64,000 nt of DNA from Fistulifera solaris (Eukaryota). The stretch's first letter is position 1; each line of letters opens with the position of its first letter. Position numbers and translations under genes: made by a program. This document shows, piece by piece, positions 22,858 to 35,990 of this stretch. The stretch spans positions 434,001 to 498,000 of the forward strand of contig AP026146.1 in NCBI GenBank assembly GCA_030295235.1, given 5' to 3'. The notes below the pieces were generated by a model. The model had not been told where the DNA came from, ran no database searches, and saw only the letters and a list, made by a program, of their open reading frames with translations.

Positions 22858-24647
22858 ATGAATCCCTTCTTAATCGTGAGCATGGCCGTGGGCTTGGGCA
22901 TTCTCCTCGTTGGTGGATTCTACTTTTTGGTCTATTATCAACATCCCGACGATCGCAATGAAGCATATATTCCGAAATTCGTCGTTTTGTTTGGTTTTGT
23001 CTTGGCGGGTGCGACCGTCCTCATGTTTCCACTTGATGTGGCGAACAATGAAGGTTATGCGGGTGCGTGCATTATGTACAATGTCTGTTTATTTACATTC
23101 ATTTCCTTATGGACACACCTTTCTGATCCTTGTTTCATGTTATTATTCTTAATATTATTATTTTCCGTATTCTTTGCTTCTTGTCTTTGTTGATTCGCAA
23201 AACAGGATGTCAAGGATATGATACCGAATTTTGTGGGGGACTCGATATGGAACTCTTATGGAGTATTGTGTTTATCCTCATACCGCTTTGGGTGTTTTGT
23301 CTCATTCCTTTCATGACATTTTATTACGAAGCCGATGATGGGATGCTCATGGCCGGGACGGTCTATTCTCCCAATCCTGTCAAACGATCTCGTTTGGGAG
23401 AAGCCTTGTGTTATCAAATCTTTGTATTGATGATTGTCGGAGCATTCTTTGTGGGATTGTATTTTACCTTATCCGACGCGGAGATTCCCGTACAAGATTA
23501 CACAGCATCCCAAGGCATTGGTTTAATTACGGCCGACAATGCTTTCACGTTTCCGTCATTAGGAGGCGGCAATAGTTCGAGTTTCAAAGTCAACATGTTA
23601 GTCCCCATGCGTCCCAGTGATGAAGCGTGGCTCAATAACATGGAAGAAACGGGAGAAGAAACCATTGTTTTGCAAGTGGATATTCCAACTTTCTTTGCCA
23701 ATCTCATGGCTTGGCTGGGTTGGTTCTTGTTTGCTCTCTTTGGAGGCATCGGCTTGGCCGCATTGCCCATTGATTTGATCCTGGCGTACACGAATCGACC
23801 GCGCGTATTGGATCCGGTGGAATACGCTGAAATTCAACTCAATTTACGAGAACGTGTGAATGAATTGGTCGAAGTCGGAGAAATGCTCAAAATTGAACGA
23901 GATGAACGAGCACAAATCGGCTTAAAGGGAACTTTGTTTAGTTTCGATGCCGAGCGTCGCAAAGCTGCCCGAGATGAGCGACAGGCATTGATTGGTTTCA
24001 AGCAAGCGGTCTTTTTGCTCGAAAAAGATACGGAAGATTTCAAAGCGGCCACAGTCAGTCGCGATAGCTACAATCCGTTGATTCCGTATGCGTCACTCTT
24101 GTTGGGCTTGTGTTCCATCGGCATCAGCTTGCTTTGGTTCGCGCACGTCATTCTCTACGTCTTCCCGTCACCGCCGTTAATGACCTTCTTGAACGAATAC
24201 TTTGTCTGGTTCGATCAGTGGTTCCCCTTGTTTGGAGTGTTATCGGTCGCCCTCTTCACCTTGTACTTGCTGTTATGTGCCGTCAAGGGATGCTTCAAAT
24301 TCGGAATACGTTTCTTTTTGTTTCACATTCATCCCATGATTCCGGGCAAGACGTACATGTCCTCCTTCATGTTCAACACGGCCTTGGTACTCTTGTGCGC
24401 ACTGCCTGTAGTGCAATTCAGTCAATTGGCATTTGCGGATTATGGGGCATATTCTGAAATTAGACAACTGTTTGGTGTGCAAATTCAAAATTTGAAGTTC
24501 TTTTCGTGGTTTTGGGAGAGTCACATCTTCATTTACGTTTTCATGGGTTTAAGTGTGGTGACGACCCTGTACTTGTTCTGTAAGCCGAAAGATCAGGCCG
24601 CGAGTGGAAAAGAGTTAAAGAAACGAATTGGATCTCGAAGAAGTTGA
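22858..24647 (+). CDS. LMBR1/LIMR-family membrane protein
   Basis: YYQHPDDRNEAYIPK, LMFPLDVAN, IPFMTFYYEAD, FGGIGLAALPIDLI, IHPMIPGKTYMSSFMFN. Intron ~23062-23205. Confidence 0.92.
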
Positions 24648-25129
24648 ATCGGCCAGGGGAGATTTAGCAGTCTATTCTGACATGGGGGCGTCCGAATGGA
24701 ATACGAGTATGACCAGCTGTGAAATACATCTTGTAAAAAAGTTACCTTGTTCCGACTTTTCGTGTTACAAACTAGTGATTAAAAGGAGCGTGCAGGAATC
24801 TATGCGTAGAAGTCCTCTTCCAGTGTGCTTTATGGTTCACGTTTTCACTAAGTTCCATTACTCTTTACGCTACCTGTCATCTTTTTCCATCTGTGATGAC
24901 CGTCGCAAATAAATCAAAATGTATAGAACATGGAGCGAACGACCCTAGAGCAGAAGCAAAATCCGCCTCACTCATGACTGAAATTCAGTCTTGGAGGAAA
25001 ACAGACAACACTTTGGTGCTATAGTACTTTGTAAATCCGGGTGATCTTATACGCGGCATTTGTAAAACAATTTACGTTCTGTAGTATTTATTATTTACCT
25101 CCATGATTTTTGCGTGATATAAAAGAACC

Positions 25130-26218
25130 ATGATGCGTAAGTTGTGGTCATTTTATTCTTCATTCTTGATCACTGCGCGAGCCTTTCCACGCTCTTCTAC
25201 TACCTCCTTCTTAGCTTTGCTCCGTCATCAACCACCAAGAACCCGCTTCATGAGCGCCTCCGACACTTCCTCTCACCAACAGCCACCGCGCTTTGTCGAC
25301 ATTGGTGCCAATTTATTAGACGACCGCTACATCAAAGGTATTTATCGGGGGACGTTTCGTCACGAACCGGATTTGGATTTGGTCATTGAACGATCCATCG
25401 CCGCGGGAGTGCAACATTTACTTTTGACGGCGGGGACGATTGCCGAAAGTCGGGCGGCTGTCCGAGCCGTACGAGAATGGCGCACCCGATATCCCCAAAT
25501 GACCGTCGGGTGTACCGTTGGAGTTCATCCCACACGATGTCAACAAGTCTTTGTCGACACGAATGTTCCCGCCGAGAATTTGTTACAAGAATTGCTCGAA
25601 ATTGCTCAAGATGGAATGAAAGATCAGAGTGTCTTGGCCATCGGAGAGATTGGTTTGGATTATGAACGACTGGAATTTTGTCCCAAAGAGATTCAACAAC
25701 AATTTTTGATCCAACAACTCCAACACGTCGCGAAACCCACTGGATTGCCTCTCTTTCTGCACAATCGCAACGTGGGGACCGATTTATATGACATATTACA
25801 GCAAAACAAAGATTGCTGGACGAGACACAAAGGCGTTGTTCATTCGTTTGACGATACACTGGACATAGCGGAACTGTTCTTGTCCGACTTTTACATTGGT
25901 CTCAATGGATGCAGTTTACGGACCGAGGAGAGTCTGAAGGTTGTGCAAGCGTTGCCGCTCGATCGGATTCTGCTGGAAACGGATTGTCCGTATTGCGAAG
26001 TCCGTGCCGCGCATCCAGGGTATGCTTACATTCAAACGCACTTTGAAGCAAAAGCCGAAAAGAAGTTTGAGCGGGGAAAATGCGTCAAAAGCCGACAAGA
26101 GCCCTGTCACATTATTCAAGTGGCCGAGGTCATTGCTGGAGTGAAGCAAATACCGTTGCTGGAAGTTTCGGAAGCTTGTTTTCACAACTCGATAGCTTGC
26201 TTCTTTTCCAACGAATGA
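25130..26218 (+). CDS. TatD-family deoxyribonuclease (TATDN1-like)
   Basis: FVDIGANLLD, TVGVHPT, AIGEIGLDYERL, LPLFLHNR, GVVHSFD, IGLNGCSL, LLETDCPYC. Confidence 0.95.
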   Translation: MMRKLWSFYSSFLITARAFPRSSTTSFLALLRHQPPRTRFMSASDTSSHQQPPRFVDIGANLLDDRYIKGIYRGTFRHEPDLDLVIERSIAAGVQHLLLTAGTIAESRAAVRAVREWRTRYPQMTVGCTVGVHPTRCQQVFVDTNVPAENLLQELLEIAQDGMKDQSVLAIGEIGLDYERLEFCPKEIQQQFLIQQLQHVAKPTGLPLFLHNRNVGTDLYDILQQNKDCWTRHKGVVHSFDDTLDIAELFLSDFYIGLNGCSLRTEESLKVVQALPLDRILLETDCPYCEVRAAHPGYAYIQTHFEAKAEKKFERGKCVKSRQEPCHIIQVAEVIAGVKQIPLLEVSEACFHNSIACFFSNE

Positions 26219-26456
26219 GTAGTAAGTAGGAAGGAAAATGTTTCGGGCTGGCCAAGTAATATAAGCATGAAGAATCACGATGTGGTACCTACTTGAGCCA
26301 GGGGAACCTTAGCTGTCTAATACCGGTGGGATAGCAGGGCTCGACGAGAACTCTCGAAAAAAATGAAGATCCTGTTCGTTGGAAAAGGTGATGATTGATG
26401 ATCGATGCGAACAATGAAAGAGTACCCTTTGCGCTTTGCATGCCAATAAAGACACG

Positions 26457-27230
26457 ATGAAGATCTCATTAATCTTGTTATCTCTATTACCATGGACCCC
26501 TACCAGAACTGCAGACTCGTTCCTGCTTGTGACTTCCTTTCTGGTAAGGAAAGGCGGTCTTTCGGAACAACACAATCATAGCAGTGTCTCTTTGGAGAAC
26601 CAGCGGATGAATACGGACTTGGCCGTGACCATCGAACCGGCAATAGAGGACGTATCCAAGCCTCAAAAGAAACATTCACTTCTCGTTACACTTTGGATCC
26701 ATTTGATCAGTGTTTTCATCCTCGCCAATTACCGCCTCGAACACTGCTGGCCTCCCGCTCTTGCCTCCATTTCCGTTGCTCAACTCAGTTTCGTCCATGC
26801 CGTGAGTGCGATGCTCTTTTCGGGAAGTATCATAACCACGACTGTGCTCGAATGGCTGGTCGTCGCTGGTCGAGACGCGGCCGTGCAACAATTCTGGTTT
26901 GATAAAGTCCCTCAAGTGGAACAATTTCTGGTCATTCCGGCCTTGACAGGCTCCATGGTGTCCGGTGTGGCGCAAGCCTTTGCGTATTATGGGAGCCTAC
27001 GATATGCACCTCGTCATGTGAAGAGTAGTATGCACGTGTTGACTCTGTTTGGTTTATGGTGGGGTATCACGGATCGGACCACGCAAGGGAAAGCATATGA
27101 AGCGACTTTGCTACAACCCGGGGTGACACTAGACGTTCCGGCCGTTTTCCAGCAGCGACGTATCTCGAACCTAGTTTCTTGTCTGTTTATAGTCGTCCTT
27201 TATGGAATAATGATACTGAAGCCAAGATAA
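26457..27230 (+). CDS. Membrane protein with signal peptide (DUF2269-like)
   Basis: Signal-like MKISLILLSLL...ADSF; helices FVHAVSAMLFSGSIITT, FLVIPALTGSMVSG; C-terminal LYGIMILKP. Confidence 0.6.
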   Translation: MKISLILLSLLPWTPTRTADSFLLVTSFLVRKGGLSEQHNHSSVSLENQRMNTDLAVTIEPAIEDVSKPQKKHSLLVTLWIHLISVFILANYRLEHCWPPALASISVAQLSFVHAVSAMLFSGSIITTTVLEWLVVAGRDAAVQQFWFDKVPQVEQFLVIPALTGSMVSGVAQAFAYYGSLRYAPRHVKSSMHVLTLFGLWWGITDRTTQGKAYEATLLQPGVTLDVPAVFQQRRISNLVSCLFIVVLYGIMILKPR

Positions 27231-27620
27231 AAGTCCGCGTAGAATAACTGTAACCTGGTCTTAACAATTGAATATTGAATACTGTACTGCAACACTCACG
27301 AATCACAGATTATAAATCATTTTATCGTGGAGTGATTGTATTGTGTTCTTAGTGAGTGCGGAGTAGTTTGTAGTAGAGTTTCGCTGCTACAGTACCAGTA
27401 CTTTGTACTTGGTTAGGTCCATCAAACATTCCCATGACTGAATTTTGACAAGTAGTCATGAATCATCGTCGTATGTATGGTTCAACGTGTTTGATCTTTT
27501 CGCAACGTTTCATCTCGTCCGCATCTCGCTGCCACTTTTTTTGGCTTTCCATTCGAGGTGATAGCAAATTTTATCATTTCTCGTCTATTCTGTCAACACC
27601 GTCATCAGCAAATTACAACC

Positions 27621-28448
27621 ATGTTTTCGGTTGCCTCCAGAAAACTAGCCGCCGCCGCTTTTTCACGCTCTCGAACGGCAGTTCGACGATTGGCGGAAAA
27701 AGTCGAACCCGTGCAAAAAGAAGCAGCCAAAGAAGCAGCGACGAAAAAGTCTTGGTGGAGTTCTCCAGAATGGTGGGGTGTAGCCGGTGGAATTGCGGGA
27801 TGGGGTATTTCTGGATCGGCTATTTGGGATGCTTATCATCAGGGTCCAGAAGTCATTTCCTTGACCATGACGCCAGTATTGATCGTCTACAGTACTCTCT
27901 TTGCCGTATGGAGTTACACGATCGTTCCCAAGAATTTTCTTCTCATGAGTTGCCATCTCGCCAATATTGGTGCACAAGTCAATCAATTACGGCGCTCGAT
28001 TGAGTACAAACTCGAAAATGGCGAACACGATCAAGTCAATGACATGGCCCGAAAAGCGGCCGTGGGCGGTGCCGTCTTGGCCGGAGCCGTTCTGGGAGCC
28101 CCCATGATCCGGAAAAGTTTGATGGATATGAATGCCGGTATTGTGTCTTCCATTGCCGCCGCTCCGGCGGGTCCCTTCACGGTCCACTTTTGGGCCCCCA
28201 TGTCCAAATGGCTCATTTCCGGAGCCAGTTTCCTAGAGTTGGACCGACCGACGGAAAAAATTAGTCTGGCACAGTATTCGGCACTGACCGTCACCGGACT
28301 CTTCTTTTCACGGTACTCATTGTTGATTGTTCCCATCAACTACAATTTGAGCGCCGTCAATGTTGCGCTCTTTCTCAGTTCGGCGTGGCATTTAGGTCGC
28401 AAGATTAAAGCAGATTTTTTGGATGGTGGAGCCAAGAAAGAGGAGTAA
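27621..28448 (+). CDS. Mitochondrial pyruvate carrier with two tandem MPC domains
   Basis: Arg/Ala/Ser-rich presequence. Domain 1: PEVISLTMTPVLIVYSTLFAVWSYTIVPKNFLLMSCHLAN. Domain 2: GPFTVHFWAPMSKW...RPTEKIS...SRYSLLIVPINYNLSAVN. Confidence 0.92.
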   Translation: MFSVASRKLAAAAFSRSRTAVRRLAEKVEPVQKEAAKEAATKKSWWSSPEWWGVAGGIAGWGISGSAIWDAYHQGPEVISLTMTPVLIVYSTLFAVWSYTIVPKNFLLMSCHLANIGAQVNQLRRSIEYKLENGEHDQVNDMARKAAVGGAVLAGAVLGAPMIRKSLMDMNAGIVSSIAAAPAGPFTVHFWAPMSKWLISGASFLELDRPTEKISLAQYSALTVTGLFFSRYSLLIVPINYNLSAVNVALFLSSAWHLGRKIKADFLDGGAKKEE

Positions 28449-28842
28449 TTTGCTCTAAACGTCATGTAGTCTTATCTTATTCTCTATTAGTATCTTTTGA
28501 TCTGCATTCATACGGAAGCGTCCACGATGGTTGTTCGGAAACCGTACACTGTCCCTAGCTATGAACTATGAAGGTGCGTTTCCGCACCAAAACGGACAAA
28601 CTCGGAGCGACAGTGACATGGTTTATAGATATCTCTTACTCGATAGAAGGTCCTAAGTAGGCTTACACAGACTCGAAGACGTTTTGTTCCTAGGAGAAAT
28701 TTTACCGGTGTCAAAAAGCGACGCGTCCTCGCCGATCACAAGAAACGACACAAAAGATTCACGTTCTCCCTTTCAGGACCCTTTGGATCGAAAAAGAGAC
28801 AGGAGGAGCATAACAAGAATATCTAACACAAAGACTGTAAAG

Positions 28843-29934
28843 ATGAAGATACGAAACTTAGCAATCACGCTACTGGCGTGTTGTGGGCTTCCTGCCGCAA
28901 CGTCGATGGATTATCGATATTTTGTCGCTGGAGGAACCTGCGCCGCCATATCACACGGAATTACCACGCCCATTGATGTCATCAAGACGAAAATACAGGC
29001 GAATCCACAGAAATTCAACAAGGGCATGAAAGAAGCTACTTTAACGATTTTGAAAGAAGATGGGCCGGACGCTTTATTGGGTGGGTTAGGGCCGACCGTC
29101 GTTGGATATGGCATTGAAGGTACGTGACAGAAAAAGAGAGAAAATGCTGTATGTAAGGGATCGGTGGGGACTTTGTCAAACCGAATTGCATAACACTAAT
29201 TATGTTTCTACTCTTGACCTTCGATAGGCGCCATGAAATTTGGAGTGTACGAAATTTGTAAACCACTCTTTGCGGCCATCTTTGGAGAACACAACAAACC
29301 GATAGCCTACCTCATGGCGTCCGTCGCGGCGGGCGCCGTTGCCGCCTTGTTACTTTGTCCGATGGAATACACCCGCATTCGCATGGTCACCGATCCCGAC
29401 TACGCCGACCAGGGCTTAATCACAGGTTTTCCTAAACTTGTGAAAGAAGAAGGTCTCCGTCAGACATTCTCGGGACTCTGGGCCATGTTGGCCAAGCAAG
29501 TGCCGTATACCTTTGGGAAGCAGGTATCGTTTGATGTGTTTGCGGGGATTTTATATGCATTTTTTAGTGGGATGGATGAAGCCAAATTAAAGTGGTTCGT
29601 GAGCGTGACAGCCGCTTTCCTGGCATCCCTAGTGGCGTGCATTTTCTCGCAACCGGGGGATATGATTCTTACCGAAACATACCGACCACAAGAAAAGAAA
29701 GGAATGATGAACAGTAAAAATAAAAAGGCTACGAAAAAGTCATCCTCATCACCTGCCGATGACCGAGCCATTCGTGCCGTGGTTCAAAAAATTTATCAAC
29801 GAGGAGGACTGAATGCCTTTTTCACGGGTACACAAGCTAGAATAGTGCATGTTGGAATGATAATTACATCCCAACTGGTCATTTACGACATGGTGAAGCA
29901 AATGCTGGGCTTACCTGCCACGGGATCGCATTAA
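28843..29934 (+). CDS. Mitochondrial carrier family, phosphate-carrier (Mir1/PiC)-like, with hydrophobic N-terminal extension
   Basis: FVAGGTCAAISHGITTPIDVIKTKIQ, GLGPTVVGYGIEG|AMKFGVYE, LCPMEYTRIRMV, KQVPYTFGK, SQPGDMIL. Intron ~29120-29227. Confidence 0.92.
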
Positions 29935-30392
29935 TTGCAATTTAATTTTATTGTGGCTAGTAGATGCTACCGAACGAGTTCGAACTCTGTTCAGTATGAG
30001 AAACGGCGCTTTTTCTTAATAGGTTAATAGGAAAGAATGCTGGTTGATGCGATTGTTCTTGGAAAGATCGCTGATCATTCGCTTAAACAATACGGAGTAA
30101 AAAATAATCAATTCAGCCTCGTGACTGATATCCAGTCGTGGTAGGTGAGAACCGGTACTCTAGGGCCATAGTACTTGGATTTGTCGCAGAGGTGCGTTAC
30201 TCCGCCTCTTTTCATGTCTCCGTATCATTTTTTTACGTAAAAAGTGCCGTAGCCGTATCCATTCGATAGACACATACACACACGCGAACCGCCGCGAAAC
30301 CAAAAAAAAGCAACGGAAGCAAATTCCAATGAACCCTATTATGGTTGTTGAAGTTGCTTAAACTCGAAACAACTACAACTGAAACAAACAAG

Positions 30393-32148
30393 ATGAAAGT
30401 ATCTATTCTATTTTTGTCGTTCTTGGCGGCCGAGGCATTCGTAGTACCGGCACGAAGATCATCAACGGTCACGTTCCTTCGCGAACAACCCGATGAAGAA
30501 GCGGCCGAAAGCTCGCACGAAGAAATTAAAGCCTACCGCTCTCAATTGAGTTCAAATGCGGAGCGATCTAGTGAGAAGGTTCGTACTGAAGTTATCTTTC
30601 CGTGTCTTACTTCGAGCCGTAGCTAATCTCGGTCGATCACATAATACCATCAGCCGATTGATGTCGTCATGAAGTTTGGAGGTAGTTCTTTGGCTAATTT
30701 GGAACGTATTGATCATGTAGCGCATTTGATTCAAGATCAAATTTCGTACGGATATCGTCCTAGGGCTGTTGTCTGTTCCGCCATGGGCAAGACGACCAAT
30801 TCGTTGCTCTCGGCGGGTGACTTTGCTTTGGGTGAGTGGGGCGCTAGCGATGTGATAATATGTTCTTGACATTTCAACAGTATCTCAGACTTCAATATTC
30901 TTTTTGTGCGGAACGTAACAGAGGGACGTGTCAACATTGATGCCATTCGCACTCTTCATACTTCTACCATGAAAGCCTTTGACATGCCCGAAAGCACCGT
31001 CAAAGAAGTCACAGAATTGTTACAGGAGTGTGAAGACATGCTCAATGGTGTCCGTCTCATTCAGGAATTAAGTCCGAAATCACTCGATCAACTCGTTTCT
31101 TACGGAGAGCGTTGTAGTGTTCGCATCATGGCGGCGCGGTTGAATCAGATTGGAGTACCTGCGCAAGCCTTTGATGCTTGGGAAGTCGGTGTCTTGACTT
31201 CGGCGGAATTCGGAGATGCTCGACTCTTACCCTCGGCGGAAAAGGCCATCCGTGACGCCTTTGATAAAATTGACCCCAATATTGTGGCTGTGGTCACTGG
31301 ATTCATCGGTCATGATCCCAAGAAACGCATTACGACGCTTGGACGCGGTGGCAGTGATTTGACGGCCACCGCCTTGGGCAGTGCCTTGGCATTGGACGAA
31401 ATTCAAGTCTGGAAAGATGTCGATGGAATATTGACCAGTGATCCACGTTTGGTACCCAACGCGCAACCGGTCAGTGACGTGAGCTACGAGGAAGCGGCCG
31501 AATTGGCCTACTTTGGAGCCCAAGTGCTACACCCGGTGGCCATGCAACCGGCCATGAAGAAAAAATGTACCAGTTCGTGTCAAAAACTCGTACAATCCCG
31601 TGGCACCGGGAACGATCATTCAGCACGAAAAAGTCAACGATCGATTGGTCACCGCAATTACGTACAAGAGAGCTATCAAGATGATGGATTTGCATTCCAC
31701 GCAAATGTTGGGGGCTTATGGATTCTTGGCACGCGTTTTCTCCGAATTTGAAAAACATAAACTGTCGGTGGACGTGTTGGCATCCTCGGAAGTCAGTGTG
31801 AGTTTAACGCTCGACAAAAAGCAAGACTCAGTCGAAATCGACGGCCTTGTGAAAGATCTGGAAGGATGTGCCGATGTCGTCTTGGAGGAGAACAAAAGTA
31901 TTTTGACTTTAATTGCCGATGTCGAACGGAGTTCTGAGGTGCTGGCCACTGTTTTCCGAGTATTCAGCATGAGTGGGATCAAAGTCAAGATGATGAGTCA
32001 GGGTGCTTCCAAAGTAAATATATCGTTTGTTGTTGACGACGATGATCTGGAAAGGGCTGTTCTTGAACTGCACAAATGCTTCTTTGAGGATGAATGCAGT
32101 GTACCGCTCGCGAAGAGCAAAGCACCAGCGGCGATGGCGGCTCCTTAG
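30393..32148 (+). CDS. Aspartate kinase (monofunctional, ACT domains), plastid-targeted
   Basis: Signal MKVSILFLSFLAAEA-F; VMKFGGSS, VCSAMGKTTN, TTLGRGGSDLTA, WKDVDGILTSDPR, ELAYFGAQVLHP, MSQGASKVNISF. Introns ~30579-30653 and ~30832-30922; extra A near 31560. Confidence 0.96.
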
Positions 32149-32424
32149 ATCTCGTACGCTTAATGGAAGCACTATTCGAAATGCAAAATAGACGACATCT
32201 AGTATCATTTTTTTAACGGTACCAATGATAGACATTGTTGAATGAAAAGTAGATCCTGGATGTGAATGTTTGAAATATAACTGCGGAATCATCGCTAGTT
32301 TTTAACGATGCGTTCCTTGTTGCCAGCCAATCATAGATTTTTTGCCAATGGTAAACTTATGTGGAAGAATAAAAATGAGTTAAGATGGATATGCAGCATC
32401 TAGTATACAATTATTGCAATATAG

Positions 32425-33790
32425 CTAATCCAAATCAATAACTTCATCATCCTCGCCATGATCCTCGTGCTCATCTTCATAAACGATTTCGTAGTCATCT
32501 TCTTCTTCTTCAAAGGGCACTCCAGCATCAGGAGCGTCATCCGGTGCAACATTCCATTTACTAGCTTCATCCTCCATTCGCTTGCGCCGTTGACGTTCCA
32601 TCTCCGCCAATTCTTCCGGTGTCTTTTCTTTTACATTGTTCTTTCGGCGATGCTCCTCACGGCGACGATCACGTTCGGCACGTCGACCTTCTCTTGTGCC
32701 ATCGTTTTCCGTACTGCTGGACTGGCTTCTTGCGTTGGAAGCCTTTTCTTTTTGTCGTGTTTGTTGTTCCTTACGCCGCTGTCGTTTCTGTCGTTCCTCT
32801 TCGACCAATTTTTTCGTTCGTGTTTTGACGGATGGAAGACTGGGAATCTTCTCCGTGGCCTTCGTTCTCCGAACAACACTCGCCACCAAGTTACTCATTG
32901 TACCATAGCTCACGGATGTATTTTCATCCAACGTGGCATAACTGGTAATCAAACGCTTACCATCCTTATCGAGACTTCCACTGAGTTTCTCCAGCACCAC
33001 AAAACGTGGTTCCTCGCCTTGCAGTTCTGGCAAGTACTCTTCCAGATTTTTGACATACAAAACGCTGGAGTCAATGGAGGCAAACGTCACTTTGGGGAAC
33101 TCTTCAAGCAACTTGGACATGGCGTCTTTGAGATAGGCAGGGGCCTTCTTGGATCCTTTTAACAAGAGCCCACAGATCGGCTGATTCAAGCACTTGACTT
33201 TAAGATCTTGCGTGGTCTCAATTTTCGCTGCATGTGGCTCTAATTTCATTTTCAGAGCTTTAACTAGCATCGCACCTGTTTTCAAATGTTTGGCGGGGAT
33301 TTGCATCGGCGCTTCGACTCCTTTCCGGAAACGAAAACAGTCGGACGGACCGATGTATCGAGTTTAAACCGATCCGCGATGGATTTTCCGGAAGCTGGTA
33401 AGACGTACTGACAGTCCAAGAGCCGAAAATGCGCACGAGACGATCCATCCTTGAAGGCATCGCTGAAAACAGAACTGATGGGAGCCGTGCTGGCTTCATC
33501 CTGACACAAAACGGCATACGATCGTCCCGAATCCCCCTCACCAAACAGTACGTCCCGCAGTTCTAGCTCATCATGAACATTAACTCGAACGAGCTGTGTT
33601 ATGAACCTTTGTGAGAGTTGATCGCTGTTTTTATATCTCGTCTGTTGAAACTCTCACTTACATCAGCTGTCATTCCCTTGATAAACTGATACGCTAAGAG
33701 AGCCAAACCGATCCCTATAGCAGGGATGACGAGCTTATCAATCGGGGGAGGAGTCCCGTTCTTCGGTTTTTTAACTTTGGTGGGTGCCAT
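32425..33790 (-). CDS. Hypothetical membrane-anchored protein, possible thioredoxin-like folds, charged coiled-coil tail
   Basis: Exon 1 (33790-~33662) has TM LVIPAIGIGLALLAY. After a short intron, coding continues through ORFs 33282-33509 and 32425-33306 with frameshifts. Confidence 0.6.
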
Positions 33791-34149
33791 GGTGGAATCA
33801 GAATAAAAACTTTGCCTTGAATAACAAAGTTGATAGGATGCTGTTTATGATGTTTTTGTTGTGGTGGTCAGTGAACCAGACAGATGAGGAACAAGAGTGA
33901 ATGGTGTGTTTCATAAGGGATGAGGCTAATTTGATTTTTAGTCCGACATCACGTTTCACGTTTCGCTCCGACATTCAATCAATAAGGAACAAACTGTACA
34001 TCGATGTATGTCGCTGTCGTTTACCGCCTTACTAAAACGAAGGCATCGAGGCGAGGCATCGTTTCTCAGTCGATGCAGTTTACCTCGACGCTGCTGATAC
34101 GAAACTCGTCTGGGACTCTCTTTCATTCAGATTCGTTGCATCTGAATAG

Positions 34150-34545
<396 letters not shown>

Positions 34546-35183
34546 ACAATAACATAGTAGCTGCAAATGCTTGTCACAACCAGCGTCGTGTCTTGTCGTG
34601 TTCGATAGCTGCATGATAATGTAGGAAGTGTTCGTGCTGTCGAGGGTTTAGAAAACGGCCGTGAATACAATCTGAGTAAAACTTGTCGGGTTTCTCCTTG
34701 CGATAAGGAAATATCATCCATTACAACAATCCCCTTCGTTATTCTCGTCTTTTGGATAACTTAACGGTCCTCACTGATTATAATCCGATCGCTTGACGCT
34801 AAAGTCGCTGCTCTATTTGCTTGGGTTACTAGACCTTAGTCAAGTGTTTGAATTGAAGATGCTTCGTACCTGGTAGTTCTCTGAGTCCCGAGTCCTAGGC
34901 TGAACGGATTGAGTCAAAGGTCGTAGAGTAGAAAAAAGTGAAGGCGACACACTGATGGGACCTTTGTTCTTCGCTCAACCCGAACACGGACCGGTACTCA
35001 CGGGTACATTAATTTTAATAGGATCGTCATGACATTTCTGGGCTTTGCCGTCGACGTCAGCATTCAAGGCGCGCACCGAGAAAAGTGAAAGGAAAAGAAA
35101 TGCGCGCCAAAACACTCGCTTTCGATTTTTCGTCATAAAAAAAGTCAGGAAAGGAATACCGAGAAAGCTCGCCACCATGAGCC

Positions 35184-35990
35184 ATGAATATGACAACAGA
35201 AGATGAAGATGACATTGTTGCACCAACGGATCTTCTCCCACACGATGTAGTGCTCGGGAAGATGGCTAGTGGGAACTTTTCGTCGCCAGGAAATCGTTTA
35301 TTCAAGCAATTTCTGATGAAAAGAAACGCGATTATAGCCAGGTCTCGAGTCATTCGGGGAAAAAACGATTTCTTGCCCAATGTGTGGAAGAATGGTGCAA
35401 CAGAATGGAAGGAAGATTTTTGTTTAGGGAAACGACGATACTATGTACTGTTGTTAAGTCAGACGAAGATAGAGCTAAGCTGTTGACAAAGGTAAATGCT
35501 CTCATGCGAAATCTCCCCTCTCCTTCGTCGTCACAGGCGGCTGAATCAGAGTCCGGATCTGCCACCATACCGCTACATGAGGAGTCACATACAACTCCCA
35601 AAAAGCAAAGAAAGCCAATTGCCAGCATCGCTACTGCAGTCTCCTCTACCTCTTCTGATGCAAGTGAATCATCGGATGGTAATGAGTCTCATGCCCCGGA
35701 ATCAAATGCAAGCCCGGTGGAGGCTACACCGGATAAAAGCAAGAAACCTTCATTATCCGTTGCGACGGAAGGCAAATTTTAGAAGACTCTCACGTCAACG
35801 ATACGAAAGAAGACAATAGCAACGCTGACGCACTCATTTCTTCCGATTCTAGTACAGACGAATTGCTGAATACTGAAACTAAAACGATAGAAACACCAGC
35901 GGCCCGATCCAAGAAAAATCAGCTGCGGCCTTCTCCCACATCTATAACGGGGTTTCATAAAGTGCAAGAAGATGAGACTGTCCGAGAGGA
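35184..35990 (+). CDS. DUF6824-like domain protein with low-complexity tail; frameshifted, possibly a pseudogene
   Basis: PHDVVLGK...PGNRLFKQFL, then in another frame EEWCNRMEGRFLFRE, matching the diatom DVL.G...PGN..F...GRFL pattern. At least two shifts; 3' end uncertain. Confidence 0.5.

Noticed and set aside
8002..26218. HSF, SGF29, RdRP and TatD as a functional silencing gene cluster
   Set aside because: They are interspersed with unrelated genes and there is no evidence of co-regulation; neighbourhood alone is weak evidence in a eukaryote.
230..31570. Programmed ribosomal frameshifting or mass pseudogenisation
   Set aside because: Shifts go in both directions, sit mostly in homopolymers and hit essential, otherwise conserved genes; sequencing error is simpler.
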